A stretch of 64,000 bases of DNA. It comes from an uncultured virus (IMG/VR IMGVR_UViG_3300043468_001049) (taxonomy: Duplodnaviria > Heunggongvirae > Uroviricota > Caudoviricetes). Location of the stretch: IMG/VR virus record IMGVR_UViG_3300043468_001049, one strand, 5' to 3'. Position 1 is the first letter of the stretch; the number at the start of each line of letters is the position of its first letter. The notes beneath the pieces are model-generated. The model did no database searches. It had not been told where the DNA came from and saw only the letters and a list, made by a program, of their open reading frames with translations. A program made the position numbers and the translations under genes. Positions 28,754-40,200 of the stretch are shown here, piece by piece.

Positions 28754-31700
28754 ATGGATTTTAATGTAGAACCGTTTTATGACGATTTTGAGGCTTCCAA
28801 CGGAGCCAAAGATCAGAATTATATGAGAGTATTATTCCGTCCTGGATATGCAGTTCAGGCACGTGAACTTACTCAAATTCAGTCCATCGTTCAAAATCAA
28901 ATTAAGAGTTTTGGTGACCATATCTTTAAAGACGGTTCTCCAGTTTACGGTGGGCAAATTACTCTTGATACAAACGCAAACTATCTTAAACTTCAAACAA
29001 CCTATAACGGAATTGACGTCGAAGCTGCAGATTTCGCAAATACCGTAATCTCAAATAGTTCTGGCACTTCGAAAATTCGAGCAAGAGTTGTTTCAGTAGA
29101 TGAAACTCAAACACAGCCAACATTGATGGTTCGCTATCTTCGCGGAAATCAATTTGCGAATGGCGACGTCATTCAAGCAACAACCACGCAAGGAACAACG
29201 TTTGCTCAATTATCTGCTGATAGTGCTTCTGGTAAAGGCTCAGTTGCCTCTATTGACGAAGGTATCTTTTATGTTGATGGATATTTCGTTAAAGTTAGTC
29301 CGCAAACTATCGTTTTAGATCCATATGGTAACACACCAACATATAAAATTGGTCTTGAGATCGACGATAATATTATTGATGAGTCTGAAGATACAAATCT
29401 TTTAGACCCTGCGCAAAATTCATTCAACTATCAGGCTCCAGGTGCATGGCGTTATCAATTTAGATTAAATCTAGCAAAACGAGAACTCACATCTGTTGAC
29501 GATGAGAAGTTTTTTGAACTAGTTCGTGTTGAAAACGGACTCATCACAAAACAAGTTCGTTATCCAATTTACTCAGAACTAGAAAATACTCTTGCTCGCC
29601 GCACTTATGACGAATCTGGCGACTATACAGTTCGCCCATTTGGTGTTTCTCTTTCCGCAAACACAGCATGTAATGATACATTTATTATTAATGTTGAACC
29701 AGGAAAGGCATACGTTAAAGGGTTTGAATATGAGTTTGCTGGAACGCAAAAAATTGAAGTAAACAAAGCCAGAACAACAAATACATCAACAGATTACGAT
29801 CTTTCAGTTGAGTATGGCAAGTATGTTTATGCGAATACGATCACTGGATCTTCTTCAGGATTGTTTAATATCGCTAAACTCGATGTGATTGATCTTCACT
29901 GCGTCCCTCAAGTAAACGTATCAGTTTCAACTATTGATGCATATAATACAACTTATATGGGTTATGCGAGAATTCGCAACTTTAGAAGAGACAGTTCAAC
30001 AGAATATCTTGTGTATCTAACTGATATTAATCTTGTATCAAATACCGTAACTGCAGCAGCAACTGCTGTAAATGCAAACTCTATTGTGTTCCCTGCAGGA
30101 TACTCTGATCTAAATGATGCATACGCTAATGTAAGCGTAAGAGTGTTGAGTGGTGGTGCAAGTAACGTATCTGCTGGCGATGTTCGTAAGATCGTAAGAT
30201 ATGATGGTGCTACAAAGACTGCATTTACAGATTTAAACTTTACTGCACTCATCGGTAGCGGTAACACAGTTTCTCTCTTGTATAGCACAAAAGATATTGA
30301 TTCATTGGTTGAAGCACCTGCTGCAAAGACATCTTATAATGTTAAGATGAATATCTCGAATAGCAGTAAAGATATTACAAATGCAACAATCATCTCTGAT
30401 GAAAATAGAGATTCATTGTTGTTCATGCTACCAGATAATTATGTTTCTTATGGATCAATCACCAATGCTGACTTTAATAGCATGAAGGTGTTTGAAGATA
30501 AGTCATTCACTTCAAATGGTCAGTTAGCACTAACTCTTGCTGGCAATGAGACATATGGTTATGGTTCAGATGGAAGTTTCTTATCTGCAACCTCAGCAAA
30601 TGCTAACATTATTGTAATGGTCAAATCTCTTGGAACTGCATCAAACGTTGTAGTTGGTCAAATATTGAATTTAACTGCTGCGGTGGGTCCAGGTGGTGGC
30701 GGTCGTGGAGTTGCTGTTCGTAGAGATTCATCAACACAATTGACAATTTTCAGTGGTGAATTGGGAACATTTACTGCAGACATTTATGCTGTAGTGAAGG
30801 TCAATGATTCAGAATCAGCCACAAATAATCGTAGAACAAAAACGATTCGTGGAAACGCTGCAAACACTACGCTTTTAGCAACCGATAGTTATCTAAATGC
30901 TACACAAGTTACAGGTTGCACATCAGTAAGAATTGACACGACAAATGGTCATGTTTGGTTTACAAATACCAGCTTTATTAATAAAACTCCTGGTGGCAAT
31001 AACTCACTATTCATTCCAGACGTTTATAAGATCATAAAGATCTATGATTCTGGAAGCGGAACTCAAGAACCAACAGCAACAAATGCAATTGATATTACGA
31101 GTCGTTTCTATCTAGATTCTGGTCAAACTCTTGGAATGTATGATCATTCTAAGATTGTATTGAAACCAGGTGCCTCTGCCCCACGAGGACAGACTGTTGT
31201 GATGTTGCAATATTATGAACATTCATCAGCAATTAATGGATACTTTGATGCAGATTCTTACCCATCGGCTCAATATGCAAATGGAACAATTCCAACGTTC
31301 ATAACTTCTGATGGAACAACATATAATCTTCGTGATGCGATTGACTTCCGCCCTACGAGAGATATTGGAACAAGTTCGAGCGTTGCTTCATATACCTTTG
31401 TTGGTATGAAAAATCCAATGCCAGATGATCCAATGGAATTGACATATTCATATTATGTTCCACGTGTTGATAAACTTATTTTGACAACAGAAGGCGAATT
31501 TAAAACTCTCACTGGTGTTGCGGGTAAGTATCCAATTCCTCCTGTGGATACAGAAGATGGAATGACATTGTTTAGAGTTGACATTCCTGCATATACTGCA
31601 AATGTTAACAGCATCAAACTTACAAAGGTAGACAATAAGCGTTATACAATGCGTGACATTGGAACGCTAGAAAATCGTATTCGCAATATTGAATACTACA

Positions 31701-32302
31701 CCTCATTGAGTATCGCTGAGAAAAAAGCAACTGATGCTCCAATTTTGTACGAAGATAATGCTACAGAAAAGGAAAAGTATGGTATTGTTGCAGATAATTT
31801 CACAGGATTTAATGTTGCTGATACGTTAAATGCAGACTTCAAGTGCTCTTTAGAAAAGGGTAAACTTTCTGCTTATAATAATTTGAAACATATTCCTCTC
31901 GAAGTTAGCACAATTGGTGCAAATACTAAGAGAAATTCAAAAACTGTTTCGCTTGATTATACAGAAGAAGTTATTGTTCAACAAACAACAGCGACTGCAA
32001 ATGTGACTGTTCAGCCATATTTGTATGGAACATTTATTGGGCAATTAACTCTTTCGCCACAAAGCGACAGCTGGTTCTCTGAGAATCAAGCACCAATTCC
32101 TGTATCTCCAACATCGCCAGTTCCAACAATTGATGCGCCTGTTCCAGTTGTCGGTCCGCAAAATACAATTACCACAAATCCACGTAATCCATTTGGATTT
32201 GCACCAATTGTCTTGACTCAAGAGGATTGGTTCCGCAGAGGTGGCGGTATGGCAAATGCGTTAAATAGAGCGCAGGAACGAGTAGAAGAATTAGCACCGT
32301 AG
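28754..32302 (+). CDS. large virion structural protein (DUF4815/VrlC-like, N-terminal part)
   Basis: FNV.P.YDDF, VLFRPGYAVQARELTQ.Q, LARRTYDESGDY, KRYTMRDIG.LE.RI..IEYYTSLS. Confidence 0.85.
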   Translation: MDFNVEPFYDDFEASNGAKDQNYMRVLFRPGYAVQARELTQIQSIVQNQIKSFGDHIFKDGSPVYGGQITLDTNANYLKLQTTYNGIDVEAADFANTVISNSSGTSKIRARVVSVDETQTQPTLMVRYLRGNQFANGDVIQATTTQGTTFAQLSADSASGKGSVASIDEGIFYVDGYFVKVSPQTIVLDPYGNTPTYKIGLEIDDNIIDESEDTNLLDPAQNSFNYQAPGAWRYQFRLNLAKRELTSVDDEKFFELVRVENGLITKQVRYPIYSELENTLARRTYDESGDYTVRPFGVSLSANTACNDTFIINVEPGKAYVKGFEYEFAGTQKIEVNKARTTNTSTDYDLSVEYGKYVYANTITGSSSGLFNIAKLDVIDLHCVPQVNVSVSTIDAYNTTYMGYARIRNFRRDSSTEYLVYLTDINLVSNTVTAAATAVNANSIVFPAGYSDLNDAYANVSVRVLSGGASNVSAGDVRKIVRYDGATKTAFTDLNFTALIGSGNTVSLLYSTKDIDSLVEAPAAKTSYNVKMNISNSSKDITNATIISDENRDSLLFMLPDNYVSYGSITNADFNSMKVFEDKSFTSNGQLALTLAGNETYGYGSDGSFLSATSANANIIVMVKSLGTASNVVVGQILNLTAAVGPGGGGRGVAVRRDSSTQLTIFSGELGTFTADIYAVVKVNDSESATNNRRTKTIRGNAANTTLLATDSYLNATQVTGCTSVRIDTTNGHVWFTNTSFINKTPGGNNSLFIPDVYKIIKIYDSGSGTQEPTATNAIDITSRFYLDSGQTLGMYDHSKIVLKPGASAPRGQTVVMLQYYEHSSAINGYFDADSYPSAQYANGTIPTFITSDGTTYNLRDAIDFRPTRDIGTSSSVASYTFVGMKNPMPDDPMELTYSYYVPRVDKLILTTEGEFKTLTGVAGKYPIPPVDTEDGMTLFRVDIPAYTANVNSIKLTKVDNKRYTMRDIGTLENRIRNIEYYTSLSIAEKKATDAPILYEDNATEKEKYGIVADNFTGFNVADTLNADFKCSLEKGKLSAYNNLKHIPLEVSTIGANTKRNSKTVSLDYTEEVIVQQTTATANVTVQPYLYGTFIGQLTLSPQSDSWFSENQAPIPVSPTSPVPTIDAPVPVVGPQNTITTNPRNPFGFAPIVLTQEDWFRRGGGMANALNRAQERVEELAP

Positions 32303-32314
32303 TAGGTTTAAAAC

Positions 32315-35020
32315 ATGTTCGACGAATTTCCATTTAATTTTATATTCAATCCAAACCTAATCAATGGTTTGGATCCAAATGCGTTTTCGCCAGTTGAGCA
32401 ATCTAACGATCCAAATATCGTTACTCGATTTATTCGCGCAAACGAAGTTGTGTTTGTTGGCACATCGTTAACACCAGATAAAGTTCCTAACTTTTTCTTA
32501 GATGATGCAGTTGTCAATAATTTTGTACAGAAGTCAAATAGACTAGAATTAAATGCTGCAAATAACGCAAGCATCTTCGTTCAAGGTGAGGGCATTGTTG
32601 ATATTACAACAAATGCATATGCTCGTGTTCTTGCAAGCTCGAATAATATTCTATATTTGAATCAAAACTTTTTAACTGTGAATATCGCTGCTTATGGTGC
32701 CAACTCACTAAATGACAATGATTATGCTGTAAATGATATTGTTATTCAGAGAGCCAGTGGAACAAGTGGTGTAACAACTTTCCGTGGTCGCGTTCAATAC
32801 TATGATCGTGCAAATGGTGTTCTTGCCATCTCTCCTTCTGATGGTGCTATGAATGCATATGGTGCTGTGGCAAATAGTGTTATTTCAAAATTGAACAGTG
32901 CAGTTCTTACAAATGCTGCATCATTCATTCGCGGAAACACGTTTAGAGCTGGCAACAGAGTTCGTGGTGCTGCGAATGTGTCAAATACTGGATTGATTGT
33001 TTCTCTTGATCATGCTTCTGGTGTTTATACTGCAGCAAATGGCACCAACACTCTATCAATTCTTGTTCAAGCCAACTCAATTAATTCTGTTGGAAACACT
33101 CTTATCATCACTTCTGGAACTGGACAAAACACTGTAAGAGAAATTCTTGCAGTTCATGGTACGAATCATAATGAACTTCGTCTCAATGCTACAGTTACAT
33201 TGAGTTCAAATTCTAAGTATACATTTGGCACTCACGTGGTTGATGAATTTGGTCGCATCACTGGTATCTTTAATATTCCAGAAACTGAAAGTGCTCGATT
33301 CCCAGCAGGTGAGCGTATCTTCACAATCACTGATACGGAAGGTGCTCAAAATAACTTCTTCTCAATGCGTGCAACTGCGACATATAATGCAGTTGGTGCG
33401 CCACCAGTTATTCCACCACCTGTATTTGTCCCACCACCTGTTCCACAAAGAAGAAGAGATCCTCTTGCTCAAACATTCTTTACGCCAGAAGTTGATGTGC
33501 AAGTAAATGGCGCGCCTAAATTTAATTATGGCATTTATGTGTCATCTGTCGACTTGTTCTTTGCTGGTAAGCCAATTCTAGCAGATCTTCAACTTCCTAT
33601 TACAGTTGAACTTGTAACTGTGGTGAATGGAATTCCAACACAAAATGTGATTGCTGCTAAATCAGTAGAATGTCGTGATGTTAAAACGTCATTGATTCCA
33701 GATGCATCAAATACCAGCACAATTACCAACTTTAAGTTTGATGATCCAGTATATTTGGAACCAGAAACAGAATACGCTATTGTTGTGAAGTCTGATTCTC
33801 CAGATTACTATGTGTTCATCTCTGAACTCGGCGGAAGTGTTCTTGGTGCAAATCCACCACGTCGTGTTTCTCAGCAGCCATATCTTGGCTCATTGTTTAA
33901 ATCACAAAACTCATCAACGTGGACACCAATTCAAAATCAAGATTTGATGTTCCGCATTAAGAAGTGTGTCTTTACGCCAAATACTGGTGGCACGGTATTG
34001 TTTAAACCACAAAATCAATTTGCCAATGTGAATATTGATTCTATTTTGATGCACACAACACTGTTAACAAAGAAACCAACAGTTGCAAACTTTAAGTTTA
34101 AATCGAACAACGTTTCTAACGTACAAGATGCTCAGTTCACCTATATTCCTGTCAATTCACGATATAGTTTTGGTGCTGATTTGTTGACATCAACCGCAAC
34201 ATCAAATCGCCGTCGTCGAATTATAGAGGGTGATACAGGATCATTTATTGCTGGTGTTGATTTAAATACGACAGACGCAGACGTATCGCCAATTGTAAAC
34301 ATTGAGCGCATCAGTGCTGTTGCTTATGAAAACGATATCAATGATGGAAGTATTTCAAATACTGATATTAGCATTACTTCTGTTGGAACGCATACTGACG
34401 CTGGTGACATTACAGTTACAATTTCTGCTCCAGATTTAGCAGATGGCATTCAAGCAAATGCATATGTTTCTGCTCTATCTAGCAATGGTGTTAGCACAAT
34501 TATTGTTGACAATTCAGGTTCTGGATATATTACAACTCCAACGATTACTTTCTCAGAGGCTGTAGCATCATCAAATGCAACCGCTGTGATTGCTGGTGAA
34601 ACAGGATCTTCTGGCGGTAATATGAAGGCTCGCTATATCACGAAACAGATTAGTCTTGCTGACGGATTTGATGCAGGTGATCTTCGTGTTTATATTGACG
34701 TCAATCGTCCACGTGGAACTAATGTTCACGTCTATTACAAAGTTAAATCAGCATCAGATCCTGAAAACTTCGAGTTGAAGAAGTGGAAGTTGATGAATAA
34801 GGTTCTTGATACCTATTCTGCAGATCAGAGCGAGGTTATTGAACTCGAATTTAGACCAAATCTTGAGAAAAACGTTCTTTCATATGTTGAGAATGGCGTT
34901 GTATATCCTCTTGGTGGTACGTTTAAATACTATGCTATTAAGATTGTGATGTCCGCTGCAGATCCAACTGTTGTTCCAACAGTTCTAAACTTTAGAGCAA
35001 TTGCAACACCATCAGGATAA
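32315..35020 (+). CDS. virion structural protein (DUF4815-like, C-terminal part)
   Basis: DPLAQTF, VDLFF, F.FDDPVYL, QPYLGSLFKSQNSSTW, YITKQI.L, final R.IA. Confidence 0.8.
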   Translation: MFDEFPFNFIFNPNLINGLDPNAFSPVEQSNDPNIVTRFIRANEVVFVGTSLTPDKVPNFFLDDAVVNNFVQKSNRLELNAANNASIFVQGEGIVDITTNAYARVLASSNNILYLNQNFLTVNIAAYGANSLNDNDYAVNDIVIQRASGTSGVTTFRGRVQYYDRANGVLAISPSDGAMNAYGAVANSVISKLNSAVLTNAASFIRGNTFRAGNRVRGAANVSNTGLIVSLDHASGVYTAANGTNTLSILVQANSINSVGNTLIITSGTGQNTVREILAVHGTNHNELRLNATVTLSSNSKYTFGTHVVDEFGRITGIFNIPETESARFPAGERIFTITDTEGAQNNFFSMRATATYNAVGAPPVIPPPVFVPPPVPQRRRDPLAQTFFTPEVDVQVNGAPKFNYGIYVSSVDLFFAGKPILADLQLPITVELVTVVNGIPTQNVIAAKSVECRDVKTSLIPDASNTSTITNFKFDDPVYLEPETEYAIVVKSDSPDYYVFISELGGSVLGANPPRRVSQQPYLGSLFKSQNSSTWTPIQNQDLMFRIKKCVFTPNTGGTVLFKPQNQFANVNIDSILMHTTLLTKKPTVANFKFKSNNVSNVQDAQFTYIPVNSRYSFGADLLTSTATSNRRRRIIEGDTGSFIAGVDLNTTDADVSPIVNIERISAVAYENDINDGSISNTDISITSVGTHTDAGDITVTISAPDLADGIQANAYVSALSSNGVSTIIVDNSGSGYITTPTITFSEAVASSNATAVIAGETGSSGGNMKARYITKQISLADGFDAGDLRVYIDVNRPRGTNVHVYYKVKSASDPENFELKKWKLMNKVLDTYSADQSEVIELEFRPNLEKNVLSYVENGVVYPLGGTFKYYAIKIVMSAADPTVVPTVLNFRAIATPSG

Positions 35021-35021
35021 T

Positions 35022-35246
35022 ATGAAAATTAAAGTTAAAGATAGAAGTGATCTTGTTCGAGATTCGCAAACAATGGCAATCTTGAATGTTGACAAAAATG
35101 TATTAAATAAAGATCTTCTATATAAACAAAAAATGCGTCGAGAAAAACAAGTCGACGAGGCGATAAATAAACTAGAAAATGATGTAAACGAAATAAAAGG
35201 TAATCTGAATAAAATACTTCAGATACTTGAGACTAGAGGTCCGTAA
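35022..35246 (+). CDS. small conserved T4-like protein
   Basis: KVK....LVRD..T.AILN plus C-terminal coiled coil; ATG 35022. Confidence 0.7.
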   Translation: MKIKVKDRSDLVRDSQTMAILNVDKNVLNKDLLYKQKMRREKQVDEAINKLENDVNEIKGNLNKILQILETRGP

Positions 35247-36670
35247 TGGCTAATGCAAATATTTCAACAGTTGTCGTAACCAACACCTTTGATGAGTGGC
35301 GAGTCGCTACAAATGATTTGATTGCAGATCGTAACACTTTACGAAATACAAATTATGTCAAAGATGGCGGTAATTATGCGATCGCAAATGGCGTTTTAAG
35401 TGTTCAAAAAGACGGTGGTGGTACTGTTTTTTCTGTTGCGAATGACGCTTCAATTAGCGGTAATGCGACCATCAACAGATTAACTGTTACAACAGGTATT
35501 AATGCTGCAGTGATAAATGCAACAACTGCAGTAAATTCAACATCATTCATCACAACAGCTGGATTAAATGTAACGAATCAGGCTAACCTTGCGCGAAATC
35601 AGGCAAACGCTGCATATGATATTGCAAATACTGCCAGAGATCAAGCGAACACTGCGCGTGATACCGCAAATACTGCCTCTGAAACTGCTAGTATTTCTGC
35701 AAATAGTGGTTCTACTTTAACCAGTAAAAAATTAAATTTCATCAACACTTCAAGTATTCTTGTGAGTGTCACTGATGCATTAGACGGAAATGCAAATATT
35801 TCTCTTCAAACGAGTTTTGCAAGTCCTAGTGATGCGTATGATCAAGCAAACACTGCTCGTAATACTGCGAACGCTGCCTATGAAGCCGCAAATACTGCTG
35901 GTGGCGGTGCTCCATATGATCAAGCAAACACCGCCCGAGATCAAGCAAATACGGCACGTACACAAGCAAACACGGCACGCGATCAAGCGAATACTGCACG
36001 TGATACAGCGAATATTGCATATGGACAAGCCAACAGTTCATATGATCGAGCAAATGGTGCCTATGGTCAGGCTAACGGCGCATACGCTCATGCGAACATT
36101 GTTTATGCTCAAGCCAACACTTCCTATGACCAAGCGAATACTGCATATAATCAAGCCAATACTGCTCGCACTACTGCAAACGATTCTTACAGTCAAGCCA
36201 ACACAGCGCGTGATCAAGCCAATACTGCTCGAACCACAGCCAATGATGCTTATGGTCAAGCAAATACTGGAAGCACTCAAGCAACTGCTGCTAGAGATCA
36301 AGCCAATACTGCTAGAGATCAGGCAAATACTGCTCGCAATACAGCCAATGGTGCATATGGACAAGCCAATGGTGCATATGCTCAAGCAAACACATCAGCA
36401 AATACAGTTCGTGTTTCCGCAAATCTTGGATCCACATTATCAGCAAAACAACTTAACTTTAATAATACATCAACAATTCAAGTGAATGTATTAGACGGTG
36501 GTGGTGATGCTGCTGGAAATGCAAATGTAACATTCTCAGTAATTGGTGGTCTCTTAAGTGCAAATGCATGGAAACATGCAACAGCAACTTATGATAGCGC
36601 CAACGTATACATCTCTGCCACTGCACCTGCCTCTGGAAATCAAAAGGGTGACATCTGGATTCAATTTTAA
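35246..36670 (+). CDS. fibre protein with ANxAxxQ heptad repeats
   Basis: TNTFDEWR..TN N-terminus, ANTARDQ/ANGAYGQ heptads, C-terminal P.....GDIWIQF. Confidence 0.75.
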   Translation: MANANISTVVVTNTFDEWRVATNDLIADRNTLRNTNYVKDGGNYAIANGVLSVQKDGGGTVFSVANDASISGNATINRLTVTTGINAAVINATTAVNSTSFITTAGLNVTNQANLARNQANAAYDIANTARDQANTARDTANTASETASISANSGSTLTSKKLNFINTSSILVSVTDALDGNANISLQTSFASPSDAYDQANTARNTANAAYEAANTAGGGAPYDQANTARDQANTARTQANTARDQANTARDTANIAYGQANSSYDRANGAYGQANGAYAHANIVYAQANTSYDQANTAYNQANTARTTANDSYSQANTARDQANTARTTANDAYGQANTGSTQATAARDQANTARDQANTARNTANGAYGQANGAYAQANTSANTVRVSANLGSTLSAKQLNFNNTSTIQVNVLDGGGDAAGNANVTFSVIGGLLSANAWKHATATYDSANVYISATAPASGNQKGDIWIQF

Positions 36671-36682
36671 TTAAGGTGCAAA

Positions 36683-37246
36683 ATGGCTCTTAAAATCTGG
36701 GACAGCACAGAATGGAAAATGGCGTCTCAAATCAAAGTTTGGGATGGCACCACTTGGCAAAATGGCTCTCAGGCTAATGTCCATGTTTGGACTGGCACAG
36801 CATGGCAAAAAGTTCATCCTGGCGTAGAATTAGATGCAACAATTGGATATTCAGTTTTCACCACTGATCCTACAGATGCTGGGAGTGGTGGTAATGCTCA
36901 AGCCAGAGTTAATATTTTTGCAAACGGAAAAATTCAAACCTTTGAATCAACATCAATATCAGGAACTGTAAGAACATCAAGTGCTGATTGGTTGCTAACA
37001 GGAACAAATTCTGATTATGATGTTTATGTTGCAAATTTTGGCGGAGATAATTTAGAAAGTGGCAGCGGACCAGTTGATGGTACTCGCACAAGATTAAGTT
37101 CAGGTGTTGAATATTCTTTATTTATAAATTCGAATGGAACTAAAAGTTCTTCATTTGATATAATCATTTGCGCGAATAATTCAGCGACAGGCACCACAAT
37201 TCAAACAGCTCCAGTTTTTCTACAAGTTGATGTCGGTGGATTGTAA
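36683..37246 (+). CDS. small fibre-tip/adhesin-like protein
   Basis: N-terminal Trp repeats (KIWDSTEWK, KVWDGTTWQ, HVWTGTAWQ) directly after a fibre gene. Confidence 0.55.
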   Translation: MALKIWDSTEWKMASQIKVWDGTTWQNGSQANVHVWTGTAWQKVHPGVELDATIGYSVFTTDPTDAGSGGNAQARVNIFANGKIQTFESTSISGTVRTSSADWLLTGTNSDYDVYVANFGGDNLESGSGPVDGTRTRLSSGVEYSLFINSNGTKSSSFDIIICANNSATGTTIQTAPVFLQVDVGGL

Positions 37247-37259
37247 TTTAGAGTAATCA

Positions 37260-40200
37260 ATGTCTAATCTACTTACAATTAATACAAAAGGAATTTTATT
37301 TCCTGATGGAAGTTTTCTAGATACTGCGCAAGTTGGATCAAATCTCAACGTTGCAGCAAATGGCTCATCTATTGAGTTTACGAAATTTCTCAATTTTATT
37401 AATACTGATACAGTCACCGTTTCAGTAACTCCAAACACAGGTAATCCTGGATATACAAACGTTGCATTCACATCAACTGGTGGGGGTGGCGGTGGAGTGA
37501 GTGGTCCATCAGGTCCATCAGGTCCATCTGGACCAAGTGGTCCATCTGGAGCAGCATCAACAGTTTCTGGTCCGCAAGGCGCACAAGGTCCGTCTGGTCC
37601 ATCTGGCGCACAAGGTGCCGCATCTACTGTTTCTGGACCACAGGGTGCACAAGGTCCATCTGGACCATCGGGTGCTCAGGGGGCAGCATCTACAGTTTCT
37701 GGTCCTTCTGGTCCGCAAGGAACATCAGGTCCATCTGGTGCTGCCTCTAATGTTTCAGGTCCACAAGGTTCACAAGGTGTTTCTGGTCCCAGTGGTCCAT
37801 CGGGTCCATCTGGCGCTGCCTCTACAGTTTCTGGACCATCTGGACCAAGAGGTATAACTGGTCCGTCTGGTGCACAAGGCGTATCAGGTCCACAGGGAAC
37901 TGGTCCGTCAGGTCCACAAGGAACTCAAGGTGTTTCTGGTCCAAGTGGTCCACAAGGAGATCCAGGTGGTCCATCTGGTCCGTCAGGTCCACAAGGTCCG
38001 CAAGGTCCACCAAATGGTCCATCTGGTCCAAGTGGTCCACAAGGTCCTTCTGGTCCAACTGGTGACAAATATTCTACATCTAGTACATCGACATTTACGA
38101 TTGCTCAAAATATAAACATCACGATTACAGTCGGCACTGGTTTATCTTGGACGCCTGGACGTGGTGCTCTTATTCGACACGATGGATTTAACTTTATATA
38201 CGGAAGTGTTGAAGCATATAATCCAGCCACTGGTGAATTTACATTCTTCTCAGATCCAATTCTTGACTCTGCAGCAGGTGTAGGAAATTCATTTAGCAGT
38301 TGGAAAGTTGATGTTGCAATAATATTCTCAACAGTAGAAGGTCCTACTGGTCCATCAGGTGCTGCATCTACCATTTCTGGTCCAACTGGTCCGTCAGGTC
38401 CATCGGGTCCATCTGGCGCTGCCTCTACAGTTTCTGGACCATCAGGTCCGAGTGGTCCAAGAGGTGCATCAGGTCCATCTGGTCCATCAGGTCCACAAGG
38501 ACCAAATGATGCAGCATCAATCAATTACATCCAAGATGGCACAGGTGCTGTTAGCAGAACAGTTCAAGCAGGATTGAGAGATCGAATTAGTGTATTTGAT
38601 TTCATGACAACTGCTGAAATCACCGATGTTGAAAATAGATCGTTTACTCTTGATGTAACATCAAAAATTAAAGCAGCGATCGACGCTGCATCAGCACAAA
38701 GAAAAGATCTGTTCATTCCAGCAGGATTGTATAAGATCGTTCCAGCAACAGCATCTGAGTGGGCTGGTGGTGCTGCTGACTCTGGTCCAGTTTATGTTGC
38801 ATTTACAATACAAAATAATATGTCTATTGTTGCTGAGGAAGGTGCAGTATTTAAACTTGCAGACAATTTCTCAGTTGTTGGTGCTGTGAAAGCGCATGCG
38901 ATGTTCTTTACAAATGTCCCAACTGCAAATGTCTCCTTCTATGGTTTGACAATGGACATGAATGGAAATAACAATGATGGTATCGCGCCATTCCCTGGAG
39001 ACAATAATCCACAAATCTTTATTAGTGGTAAAACACCACGCTATTCTATTCCATCAAGAAGAGCAACAAGCACCTCAACCAACACAATTGGAACAGGATC
39101 AAAATCATTCACCATAGAAACTGGTAAAAGTTTTAGTGTTGGTGAAGATATTGGTATGTTAGTTGCTTCAGGAACTGGAGCATCATTATGGTCTATGCAT
39201 GGAACCGTCACATCGTATAATAGTGGCAGCGGTGCTCTAGTGGTAAATGTAACTCAAACTAGCATATATGGAGTTGGTCAAAGCGTCGGTGGAAGTTCTG
39301 GTGGCGCGCCTCGTTGGGCAATTGGTGATGGTATTGGAGCATATATTGACGATGTTGTAATTGAAAAGTGCATCTTCTTGAATAATATGGGTAAAACTGT
39401 TCTTGGTTGTGCTCAATTAGATGGCGCAACGAAAATAAAATTAGGAAAAAATTGGAAAGTTCTGAACTGCACATTTAAAAATAATGGTAAACGTGCTGCG
39501 GACCACTCAACATTTTACGGTATGGTTGATGATTTGACTGTAGAAGGATGTTCATTCACAGCAGATTCAATGTTCCCAAATGGTTCAACTGGACCATATG
39601 CTGATGGTGGTGGAACAATAACATGTGGTACACTTGTTGCGATTGAAACTCACGGAAGCAATCACAGATATAGTAACAATTTATTTGAAAATTACTATCA
39701 AGGATTTTGGATTGCCTCAAACGGAGCATTTGAAGCAAACAATATTGTAATTGCGCAAAATAATTTCAAAGTATTGACTTATGGAATGGGTTCGTATAGA
39801 CGCGAAGGTGGTCCAACAATTATTCGAAATGTGAATATTTCTGACAATACATTCATATATGACAATACTTCTAGCGCAGATGGCGTTCCTAAAGTGGGTG
39901 TTCTTATTGCTGAAGATGAAGAGATTGAAGATTGGAGCATCTGTAACAACATTGCTAGAAAAGAAGTGCCTGCTGGGCAATCAAATTATCAATCTTATTT
40001 TATAGGAATATTCACTGCACGTGTAAGCGGCGTGATGGATCGAATTGTTATTGATGGTAACTATTGCACTGGATTTGCTCGCGGCATTGTTTTGTATAGT
40101 GCTGTATCAGGAAAGAGTTTAGGAACAATTCGAATCACGAACAATACCATTTTAAATCCAAACACCACTTCATCATTCCCATCTGGTGCATATGGAATTT

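Noticed and set aside
32300..32315. Stop-codon readthrough or TAG recoding fusing the two in-frame ORFs
   Set aside because: Three stops (TAG, TAG, TAA) intervene, and all core genes are intact under the standard code
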